From a virus, in IMG/VR virus record IMGVR_UViG_3300027861_000005: a stretch of 48,453 nt of DNA; one strand, written 5' to 3'. Positions 23,869-31,715 of the stretch are shown here, in pieces. The notes beneath the pieces are model-generated. The model saw nothing but the letters and a program-made list of their open reading frames with translations. It was not told where the DNA came from and made no database searches. Every line of letters starts with the position of its first letter. The stretch's first letter is position 1. The position numbers and the translations under genes were made by a program.

Positions 23869-23919
23869 AAAATGCTGGATCGATCCTGCGAGACCGGCGC
23901 AGGAGAGATTGTGGATTTT
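23869..23919 (+). repeat. Intergenic stem-loop element E7
   Basis: AAAATGCTGGATC..CCTGCG-agaccgg-CGCAGG..AGATTGTGGATTTT. The basal pairs covary relative to the other copies. Confidence 0.8.
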
Positions 23920-23945
23920 ACGGCAGGGTAAGAAAGGATAAGATT

Positions 23946-24137
23946 ATGATAAAATGCTTTCCGAAGTATTCATGGATGGTGCAAGTACGACCGAAACCGT
24001 TAAACTCGGAAGACTATAACGTCAAGTATGAAATCGTATTTGGTGGTCTGCCGGGGTATCATGTGGCGAAAGCAGCAGCGGACGAATTGGAATCAAATCG
24101 ATCCGATTTACAGATTTATGTTTGTCAAAACAACTAA
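23946..24137 (+). CDS. Early protein, hypothetical
   Basis: 63 aa, with AGAAAGGATAAGATT-ATG upstream. Confidence 0.6.
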   Translation: MIKCFPKYSWMVQVRPKPLNSEDYNVKYEIVFGGLPGYHVAKAAADELESNRSDLQIYVCQNN

Positions 24138-24149
24138 GAAAGGGAAAGA

Positions 24150-24356
24150 ATGAGATACCATATAATTGTAGGAAACATCGGAACAGTAGAACGAGTTAAG
24201 AGCCCTATTGTTGCTGCTAGAATTTACGGACAGTACAAAGAACTGTCCAAAGGAAAATATGGACGAGCCTCCGGCGAGTCTGTAACAATATTCGACACAC
24301 ATAAAGATTGTGTAGCTCTCGAATATGTGGGGACCAATGAAAGGGATGCAGAATGA
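24150..24356 (+). CDS. Early protein, hypothetical
   Basis: 68 aa, with AGAAAGGGAAAGA-ATG upstream. Confidence 0.65.
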   Translation: MRYHIIVGNIGTVERVKSPIVAARIYGQYKELSKGKYGRASGESVTIFDTHKDCVALEYVGTNERDAE

Positions 24357-24619
24357 CAATCACAGACAGAATCAACCAGGCTGCAAGTGGGGAACATCTT
24401 GACGGCGTCATGATCTACTGGGATACCGCTGCCGTTGGAGATGAGGGTACAGCGTATCGAGATGGCGAGGAATCAGGGGCATTGGAGTTCACTGGCTGGG
24501 GTGGCGAGGCGGACGGCAGTGAAGACGACACTTACCACGTGAGCAACTACTTCGGCGCGGATGGCAAGTACCTCGGGCCAGATAAACATGGCGTGTACCC
24601 ACAGTTTCAAACCATTTAA
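24353..24619 (+). CDS. Early acidic protein
   Basis: 88 aa, with an ATGA overlap. Confidence 0.65.
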   Translation: MTITDRINQAASGEHLDGVMIYWDTAAVGDEGTAYRDGEESGALEFTGWGGEADGSEDDTYHVSNYFGADGKYLGPDKHGVYPQFQTI

Positions 24620-24631
24620 CTAAGGACAGCA

Positions 24632-24889
24632 ATGATTTCTGAATCCTACGCTGTGACTCCGTATGGTTTCCGGCAGGGGAATCGTCGTGTGATCGTCAAC
24701 GCCGCCGCACAATGGACGTCAGACGGTCAGACGAGACTGATACAGGCAGTGGAAAACCTTGACGAATTCTCATGGATCGGCAGGACATTTGCCAGACCGA
24801 CAAATCCGGCAGACGCAGAGTATTGGGATAGTATTTTTTGGATGCTCGTCGAATCAGGCGGGATGGAACAAAGGACCATTGAAAGGTAA
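24632..24889 (+). CDS. Early protein, hypothetical
   Basis: 85 aa, with AAGGACAGCA-ATG upstream. Confidence 0.65.
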   Translation: MISESYAVTPYGFRQGNRRVIVNAAAQWTSDGQTRLIQAVENLDEFSWIGRTFARPTNPADAEYWDSIFWMLVESGGMEQRTIER

Positions 24890-24900
24890 AGAATAAGAAA

Positions 24901-25002
24901 ATGACCGACAAGACAACACATTTATTTTGTGCAGCATTGACCTGTTCACTTGTCCTCATTCTGTGGGCATCGTTTCAATTACTGACAATAACGTTTGAAT
25001 GA
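24901..25002 (+). CDS. 33-aa single-TM peptide (MTDKTTHLFCAALTCSLVLILWASFQLLTITFE)
   Basis: Read directly. Its stop overlaps the next ATG (GAATGA). Confidence 0.4.
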   Translation: MTDKTTHLFCAALTCSLVLILWASFQLLTITFE

Positions 25003-25760
25003 AAGCACTGAGAATGAAAATTAAAATTAAAGAAAATGCAATGGCTAAGTATTGGAATCCAAAATGCCAAGGACAATATATTCCTACCAAGGAAGAAAGA
25101 ACTCATGCCGATAAGCTGGAAGCCATTCAAGGGATGACGATAGAAGTCAAGACAGATTTTTTGTTCTGCGACCAATACAACACCAAGCCAATAGAAGGAG
25201 TGAGCGACCAAGGTATGCGGATCATGGAAGCCTCTGTGTCGGAAGTGATTGACGATATTCGGGATACGGTAGGCAAATGTCCTTATTGTGGACACCATAC
25301 GCCCGGTAAAATCGACGGCTTCTGTGAGTCTTGTCTGGATTCCTCTTATCTTGACGAGCAAACTATAAAACGCGGTGGTACTCGCATTCGACCAGTGGAC
25401 GCCAAGCAAAACCGGGAAAAATGGGAAGAATTAACGCAGGAAGAATGGGACATGCTGAAACCTCAGTATGTCAAGCGACAGACCACAGGCAAAGACAGCC
25501 GGAATGCTGAGAAGCTGAGAAAGCAGCGGGCAAGGTTGCATTCTGACCATAAAGCCAAAACAGAAGCACTTGACATTGAACGGGACGGTATGATTTGGTT
25601 GATGGACAACAACATCAGCGTTGAAAACTGCATCTATTACAGTCACCGAAAGGTATTTTGTTTTGGATGGCGCAACAAGATTAGCAAGGGAGTTAAGAAA
25701 GTACTAGACACCAAATTGCAAGGTTTTCCATTCCAGACAGATTTTAAGGTTGAAAGGTAG
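24999..25760 (+). CDS. Hypothetical protein with a zinc ribbon (CPYCGH...CESC)
   Basis: 253-aa ORF. Confidence 0.7.
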   Translation: MKALRMKIKIKENAMAKYWNPKCQGQYIPTKEERTHADKLEAIQGMTIEVKTDFLFCDQYNTKPIEGVSDQGMRIMEASVSEVIDDIRDTVGKCPYCGHHTPGKIDGFCESCLDSSYLDEQTIKRGGTRIRPVDAKQNREKWEELTQEEWDMLKPQYVKRQTTGKDSRNAEKLRKQRARLHSDHKAKTEALDIERDGMIWLMDNNISVENCIYYSHRKVFCFGWRNKISKGVKKVLDTKLQGFPFQTDFKVER

Positions 25761-25764
25761 AGCA

Positions 25765-26127
25765 ATGCTTTACACAGAAATTCACACAGCGTTACAAATT
25801 GAGGATTATCCGCTAGGCGGCAGAAAACGCGGCATTGCTCGCTACAGAGTGACGACAGAACCAAGGCAAGGCAAACTGCAACGGGTGGAGCGGACAACTG
25901 AACACAATAATCAAGTTTCTAAGGCTCGCAAATTGACATACGGCAAGCGTGCAGCCATACTGGTCGGTGCGGACGGTCGCGTTTATCCTGTGGTATGGTC
26001 TCAGCATTACGAAGTGTTCTCGGTCTACAAGAGCAACATGCAACACTCAGAGGAAACGATCAGCAAGGATGAAAAGCCGAACGAATACGCGAACATGAAA
26101 GCCAGATTTGAAAGTATGGCAGAATAA
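25765..26127 (+). CDS. Hypothetical protein
   Basis: ATG at 25765 after TTGAAAGGTAGAGCA. I trimmed it from ORF 25750-26127. Confidence 0.65.
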   Translation: MLYTEIHTALQIEDYPLGGRKRGIARYRVTTEPRQGKLQRVERTTEHNNQVSKARKLTYGKRAAILVGADGRVYPVVWSQHYEVFSVYKSNMQHSEETISKDEKPNEYANMKARFESMAE

Positions 26128-26159
26128 CCCCTAACAAGTCGGAAAGGGGGTGATTTTTT
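26126..26159 (+). terminator. Probable intrinsic terminator closing the early gene block
   Basis: ACCCCT-14 nt-AGGGGGT followed by GATTTTTT. Confidence 0.5.
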
Positions 26160-26225
26160 ATGAGCGCGGACATGGTTGATTTGTTAGCTGTTTTGTTCAT
26201 TTTTTATTGTGTATTCTGGTAAAAC

Positions 26226-26615
26226 ATGGAACCAAAACAAATAGCGAAGAAAAGCGAACACAGTCACCAAGCGGCATATTTTTGCTGGCTCGCGAAGCAG
26301 ACTGAATGCCCACAACTTATGTATGCGTTCGCTGTACCGAACGGCGGACTACGCAACAAAGTACAGGCAGCGAAGTTGAAAGCTGAAGGAGTCAAACCCG
26401 GCGTGCCTGATGTTTTCCTGCCTTATCCTTGTGGGCAATATGCAGGGCTATGGCTTGAATTTAAGAAACCGGGATTTGAAAACCGGAAAAATGGAGGTCT
26501 CTCGACAGATCAAATAAGATGGCGGCAATACTTAGAGTCTTGCCATTATGAGTACAAAGTTGTGTATAGTTGGTTGCAAGCAGTTGATTGCACAATAGAA
26601 TATTTAAAACCTTAA
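26226..26615 (+). CDS. VRR-NUC domain nuclease
   Basis: GVPDVFL...GLWLEFKKPG...LSTDQIRWRQYL matches the PD-(D/E)xK arrangement of VRR-NUC proteins. Confidence 0.7.
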   Translation: MEPKQIAKKSEHSHQAAYFCWLAKQTECPQLMYAFAVPNGGLRNKVQAAKLKAEGVKPGVPDVFLPYPCGQYAGLWLEFKKPGFENRKNGGLSTDQIRWRQYLESCHYEYKVVYSWLQAVDCTIEYLKP

Positions 26616-26646
26616 GCGTTACTTTTTAAACAAGAAAGAAAAGACA

Positions 26647-27315
26647 ATGGCAGCAAGTTTACAAGCGTTCGCGGCAACTGGAACCGCTTATTTGACCGCA
26701 GCAGACGGACAGGAATTGATGGATGGCGGATTGATCGCAGTATCTGCACCTCCACAGGCATCGCCAGAAAACCCTGCTGCATTTCTGTGTACTATTACAG
26801 ATGCGGGTAAACAAATGCTGGCTGCCGGTATTGCACCCCATGCACCGGTCGCGCCAGCAACTCCCGTTGTGGAAGCGGGACAAGAATTTGTAATAAGTTC
26901 CGACATCGCTGTACCTGATATCAATCGCGGTGGCGGTTCTGGCAGTTCGCGAAAGAAGAGAGCGGAAAAGTATCCTTTTTCCAAGCTGGAAATCGGGCAA
27001 AGTTTCCATGTGGCACCGGGAGAAGATATTGACAAGACGGCAAGAACGCTGTCTACTCAGGTCAGTAACGCCAACAAGGATAACAGGGTGCCCGCTGTAC
27101 CTGCGGCTGAGAAGACGGTCACCAAACGCCGAATGGTTAAGGATGACGCAGGCAATGCAGTCAAAGACGCAACAGGGACAAAAGTTTTTGAGACCTATAA
27201 GGTCAAAGAAACAGTCATGGTTAGGCAAAAACACTTTGTGTCTCGCAAGGTGCCTGCCAGTGATCCACAAGGCGAAGGCATCCGAGTATTTCGAATTGCC
27301 ATCACGACCACATAA
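26647..27315 (+). CDS. Hypothetical protein (Ala/Pro-rich N-terminus, basic C-terminus)
   Basis: 222-aa ORF. The long antisense ORF here is rejected. Confidence 0.7.
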   Translation: MAASLQAFAATGTAYLTAADGQELMDGGLIAVSAPPQASPENPAAFLCTITDAGKQMLAAGIAPHAPVAPATPVVEAGQEFVISSDIAVPDINRGGGSGSSRKKRAEKYPFSKLEIGQSFHVAPGEDIDKTARTLSTQVSNANKDNRVPAVPAAEKTVTKRRMVKDDAGNAVKDATGTKVFETYKVKETVMVRQKHFVSRKVPASDPQGEGIRVFRIAITTT

Positions 27316-27411
27316 TAACAGTTGTCTGTTGCTGATAATCAACAGGTGATATCGAGCCCAACTGATATTTTTATTGGTTGGGTTTTTTCTTTATTCGTTC
27401 AGGGGATTAAA

Positions 27412-27768
27412 ATGCTTGCAGACAACATTCGTTATTACCGTGACGGTAGGTTACAAGTGCGAAACTCCATCCATGACGGTTGGGTATTTGTGCCTAACAT
27501 GCCAGCCCCTGATCCCGATCCCAATCCAGATCCACCGGTATTGGATTTGACTGTCTATGTCGAAAAAATCGAAGGGTTAAGCAAGGGGGACACAATAGAT
27601 CTCGAAAGATCAGACATTGCCAACATCGGTGATTTGCTAACATGCACAAAAAAAGAAATTTTTTCGCTCGTGGGTCAGAATGGTCTTGATGCAATTAACG
27701 CATACCTTGCCGCTAGAGGGGTATCGTTAAAAGAAAATGGCAATACCAAGACATTCCCATCCGCTTAG
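27412..27768 (+). CDS. Protein with an RNA polymerase alpha-CTD-like helix-hairpin-helix domain
   Basis: IANIGDLLTCTKKEIFSLVGQNGLDAINAYLAARGVSLKE parallels E. coli Rpo[42 protein letters not shown]. ATG at 27412 after AGGGGATTAAA. Confidence 0.55.
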   Translation: MLADNIRYYRDGRLQVRNSIHDGWVFVPNMPAPDPDPNPDPPVLDLTVYVEKIEGLSKGDTIDLERSDIANIGDLLTCTKKEIFSLVGQNGLDAINAYLAARGVSLKENGNTKTFPSA

Positions 27769-27819
27769 CGATTATCCAAAGAACGTCCGTTACAACCTTT
27801 GAGATAACAAGACAAAAAA

Positions 27820-28218
27820 ATGATTAAGGCAAGTTTTTTTGAATCAGTCGTAAATAAATTAGTGGAAGTTGATCCACGACAAGGCAATGCGCTAAAAACA
27901 GGGTTTGAAATTGATATAAGCGGAACCATTCCGCAATCATTGAAATCAATCTTGTATGATTGTCTAATGGCTCGCAAGTGGACGCCCGTAAAAGGTCTTA
28001 CCTTATCTAGCACAAAGCCTGTGTTTCCTGTCTATCAGGGCGTCACACGTTCAGGGTGGATACACTTCAAATTTCCCGCAGACTTGATTTTAAATGTCAG
28101 CGAAATACTAATTGTTCGTCATATTGACGTGCGTATGACAGACCTCTACATCCAAAAAGATCTTAGTCGCGCGAAATTAGCTATAGCTCTTTGGCCTGAC
28201 ATAGAAATTAAACTATGA
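27820..28218 (+). CDS. Hypothetical protein
   Basis: 132-aa ORF. Confidence 0.65.
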   Translation: MIKASFFESVVNKLVEVDPRQGNALKTGFEIDISGTIPQSLKSILYDCLMARKWTPVKGLTLSSTKPVFPVYQGVTRSGWIHFKFPADLILNVSEILIVRHIDVRMTDLYIQKDLSRAKLAIALWPDIEIKL

Positions 28219-28553
28219 AACCACTGAAAGCAGAATACGAAGTCCAATTGTATGATGAACTCGAAAATCGATTAAAGATTAAACCGGGCTCATACCGGGC
28301 ACACGTCTTAGACGCTCTTATCCCTGATACGTTACATACTTGCGATGCGTACTATCTGAACGTCAAAGGAAACATTGATCAGCGATCAATGGGCAAGCAA
28401 ATTAAAATGCTGATGCTTGACAAATACGATCATGAACCGCGACGAGAATATAAGACCGGATTTATCTTTGGGTTCATCGCGCAAATACTGCTTTCGGCAA
28501 TGATTAGAAAAGCGGTCACATTGATCTTGGACTGGTACAATCGTAGGCGCTAA
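28215..28553 (+). CDS. Hypothetical protein with a C-terminal hydrophobic helix
   Basis: 112-aa ORF with an ATGA overlap. Its 3' end overlaps the primase gene convergently by 4 nt. Confidence 0.65.
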   Translation: MKPLKAEYEVQLYDELENRLKIKPGSYRAHVLDALIPDTLHTCDAYYLNVKGNIDQRSMGKQIKMLMLDKYDHEPRREYKTGFIFGFIAQILLSAMIRKAVTLILDWYNRRR

Positions 28554-30802
28554 TATGCTTCGAGATCACCGACAATTGTGTAGAATTTACCTGTAGTCGC
28601 AAATAGTTTCTCGACCTGCAACGGCGGCATACGCATTACATCGCCAGATTCTTCCAGCGCTTGCAAAGCCATCTTGATTGCCATTGATGGTCCTCGCTTA
28701 TCGTTAGCAAAGATTTTCAGTCGTCGCATGTTTGTTATGATGTATTTGAGCGGTAAACTGTACTTCTGATACATTGCAATCGTGATCGCTTGCGACTTAG
28801 GTTTCGACTCCAAGAATCGTCGTAAGAATTTAACAATTGCGTTGACCTGTTGCTGCTCTGTATTGGTGCCAACTTCACCGTCATCGAATCTCTTTTTCAG
28901 AGTCTCTATGCCGTGTGTGACGAAGTTCTCTGCCCATGTAAAACATTCGGCATCAATAATAGGCGACATTGAATTTTTGCCCACAGCTAGTAAGGCGGCA
29001 ACCCGCAGAGTTTTCAAGTGCGCCCTGTTCCACAACTCCGCAGACAACCCCGCATCATTGTTATTGATTTCCTCATCTGCACGGACGTCCAAATCGTGAC
29101 TAAGTTTGGCTGCAACGGAATCAAACGGAATCTCAATCCGTTTTGAGTTTTGTAACAATCCTTGCACCACTGACAACAGGGTAGCAAGTTTGTTGATTAG
29201 TTCGGGCGAAGGTTCGGCGCTCGCTGCATTAGGGTTTGATGGTGGTCGCTTGCCGAGATATTCGACGACGGCAAAACGCGGTAACAATCCGCTGGATATC
29301 ATTGCACCATCGACGTTGTCGTAGAACCAATCCGGTGTTGACTCACCTATCATCGAGAACGCAGGCGAATGCAGAATTCCGATTGTCTTCTCACTGTCAC
29401 TATAGGCTGTGGGCATCAATCGGTCTGTTGCGCCGCTCTTTGAATAGAGATCAAGCATGACTTTTTGCAACATGAGATCTGGCGCGAAATGACCCTCGCA
29501 CATTGATTTCAGTTTGATCCCAAATTCGCCAAAGATTGACAGCGTTGACAATGACCGTGATTTGCTAAATGCCCGCAGCAATGCTTGACCTGATGCGAGA
29601 TCGCCCGGACCTTCGAAGTCGTCAATGTAAGGGCAAACTGTTTGCAATCGAGTATTCAACTTTGAGATACCTTTTGCCATAGCTTCTTTACCGCGACCTG
29701 TGCGAGCCAGCAGCAGCAGATAGAGATTTAGACCGGTTGAACTGACATTGAATGCTCGTCCAGCAATACCTGCCATCAAGCCCAACGCACCGACGATTGA
29801 AACCTCTTTAATAGGCTTGTGAGAGGCACTATAAAGAAATTCGGCTATGTCACCGGCAAGTCCCGGCGGTGGTGTTAGCGGGCCTGCCTGCCGGTATAAA
29901 TGCGATGGTTTCTGAATGATTCCGTTCGTAGGCACCAGAGGTTGCGGTTGAGGCGGAACAAATGTTTCGAAATTGATTTCCGGCACAACATTGTCGAAAC
30001 TTCGCACTATCATATTATTTACATAATCTTGCCTCTTTGCTTTCTTTCGTCGACCTAAACCCGATTGCAAAAACAACCTCTTGATCTGCTCTTTGTTCTG
30101 CGTGTAATAAGCAAGGATATCGATCAATGCGAAGTCGGCGCGTGACTGGTCCCCGAAATGCCAAGTAGTTATGTCACCTTGCCACAAATCTACAAACTTT
30201 TTACCGTTGCTCGCACTTGATGCGATGTTATAGATATCAAGATCGCCATGCTTTTGCGGTCGATCAATGTCATTTGCTGTTGCAGTCGAGTGATTAAATC
30301 CGAGATCTTCGCAAATGTGGTCTATTTTGCCTTGCGCAAATTGGATAGGTGCGTTGTGATACACATTGCCTGTGAACGTCATAAATCGTTCGGACGAATA
30401 CAATTCAAACGGTCCACGACGTCTACCTTTATCGGCTTTCATCTGCGCCTTGACAACAATGTGCAGACCGTTGCCACCCGGCGAAATCTCAGAATATGAA
30501 TCGAGTAACTTTTGGATGTACTCTTGCTTCTGAATTAATGCGGGTTCTGTTGTGTGATCGAGATCAACGATAAGCCACGGATCGTTCTTGGTAAGAACAA
30601 AACCTAAGCCGTCGAAATGCGAAATTGCAGTTACACAAGAATCGAAGGTACACCATGTTTCCGGTCTTCCTACATCTGCAAATGTGAATGTTCGTGGGTT
30701 GTACGGAACTTTGGTCGGCTTGTTGCCGCCTCTGTCTTCATGCCGCCAACACACCCACTGTGCGACCTGTTGCATCTCAACAGGAATCCGTGAGTATATC
30801 AT
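28550..30802 (-). CDS. Bifunctional primase-polymerase (AEP Prim-Pol N-terminus) fused to a DUF3987-like helicase/NTPase domain
   Basis: LIVDLDH and EISPGGNGLHIVV are Prim-Pol catalytic motifs. 750 aa, with the P-loop-like ARTGRGKE in the C-terminal half. Confidence 0.8.
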   Translation of the reverse strand: MIYSRIPVEMQQVAQWVCWRHEDRGGNKPTKVPYNPRTFTFADVGRPETWCTFDSCVTAISHFDGLGFVLTKNDPWLIVDLDHTTEPALIQKQEYIQKLLDSYSEISPGGNGLHIVVKAQMKADKGRRRGPFELYSSERFMTFTGNVYHNAPIQFAQGKIDHICEDLGFNHSTATANDIDRPQKHGDLDIYNIASSASNGKKFVDLWQGDITTWHFGDQSRADFALIDILAYYTQNKEQIKRLFLQSGLGRRKKAKRQDYVNNMIVRSFDNVVPEINFETFVPPQPQPLVPTNGIIQKPSHLYRQAGPLTPPPGLAGDIAEFLYSASHKPIKEVSIVGALGLMAGIAGRAFNVSSTGLNLYLLLLARTGRGKEAMAKGISKLNTRLQTVCPYIDDFEGPGDLASGQALLRAFSKSRSLSTLSIFGEFGIKLKSMCEGHFAPDLMLQKVMLDLYSKSGATDRLMPTAYSDSEKTIGILHSPAFSMIGESTPDWFYDNVDGAMISSGLLPRFAVVEYLGKRPPSNPNAASAEPSPELINKLATLLSVVQGLLQNSKRIEIPFDSVAAKLSHDLDVRADEEINNNDAGLSAELWNRAHLKTLRVAALLAVGKNSMSPIIDAECFTWAENFVTHGIETLKKRFDDGEVGTNTEQQQVNAIVKFLRRFLESKPKSQAITIAMYQKYSLPLKYIITNMRRLKIFANDKRGPSMAIKMALQALEESGDVMRMPPLQVEKLFATTGKFYTIVGDLEAY

Positions 30803-30811
30803 CCATGGCGC

Positions 30812-31084
30812 CTAGCAATTGGGGGTGTTGGAATCGTCATCCGTAAACAGCGGCTTGTCTGCCAGCAGGTTGTATAATCGTTCGACTGCATCTACTCTCG
30901 CACCGATCGGCGGATGTTGACTTGTGAGCGTCGTGAGCCATCCGACCGATACACCGATTTTTTCAGAAATTTTGTCCAACGACATTGGACGCGGGCGATT
31001 CCGCAGCAGTTTGATCGTCTCGCTAAGTAAGGTTCGCTGCATTTGCCTTGTCTTTTCATAGGAAATCAAGTAAAGGGACGCCAA
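30812..31084 (-). CDS. Small HTH DNA-binding regulator
   Basis: MSLDKISEKIGVSVGWLTTLTSQ is helix-turn-helix-like. The start is either TTG at 31084 or ATG at 31042 (AAGG upstream). Confidence 0.6.
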   Translation of the reverse strand: MASLYLISYEKTRQMQRTLLSETIKLLRNRPRPMSLDKISEKIGVSVGWLTTLTSQHPPIGARVDAVERLYNLLADKPLFTDDDSNTPNC

Positions 31085-31230
31085 TCATAACAGATTCTGT
31101 GGGCTAGACAAAAGAGTTTGGCAAAAAATATCAGAATACCCCTGTTTGACCCTAGAATACAGTTGACAGTGCCGACGATACCTTTAGACTGGGGCAATTA
31201 CTTCCAACTTGTGTTTTAAGGGGACACAAC

Positions 31231-31713
31231 ATGACCGGCACATTTCCAACAGCACCGACACCGCTCGCACCAACAGCAGCACCAACAGCCACACCAACTG
31301 AGAATATCGATTTGGTGATAGGCGAATGGTTTGCGGCATCCGAAGCACTCGCAGCAGCAAAGAAGACCGAAAAGGCTCTACGCGATCAGGTGAGCAATTC
31401 GCATTTGTGGAACGCTGCAAAAACAACCGGCACGCAAACCTATGACCTTGGCAAAGGTTATGAATTGAAGATGGCTCGCACTGAGACAGTGTCAGTCGCC
31501 AACAAAGAACATGAGGCAACTCATTGTATTATCAAGCTGCGCAACCTTGGCGAAGGGGCTACCGAACGAGCCAATCGATTGTTTACATTCTCTGCTAGAA
31601 TGAGTGAAGCGGTTTATAAGGAGTTAACCGCCGAAGAACGAATGATTGTCGATCCAATTATCACCCGTAAGCCGGGTAGCACCAGTATTAAACTCAAAGC
31701 ACCAAAGGAGTGA
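31231..31713 (+). CDS. Hypothetical protein, first gene of the recombination module
   Basis: 160 aa, with a Pro/Thr/Ala-rich N-terminus. Confidence 0.7.
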   Translation: MTGTFPTAPTPLAPTAAPTATPTENIDLVIGEWFAASEALAAAKKTEKALRDQVSNSHLWNAAKTTGTQTYDLGKGYELKMARTETVSVANKEHEATHCIIKLRNLGEGATERANRLFTFSARMSEAVYKELTAEERMIVDPIITRKPGSTSIKLKAPKE

Positions 31714-31715
31714 GT

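Noticed and set aside
18562-23919. E elements as simple rho-independent terminators
   Set aside because: None of the seven hairpins is followed by a T-tract. The conserved flanks pair with each other to extend the stem, which ordinary terminators do not require.
26659-27342. 227-aa minus-strand ORF (and 26688-27035)
   Set aside because: It is antisense to 26647-27315, which fits the rightward operon and has an AAAGAAAAGACA-ATG leader. The minus-strand product is Cys/Arg/Ser-rich and has no upstream signals.
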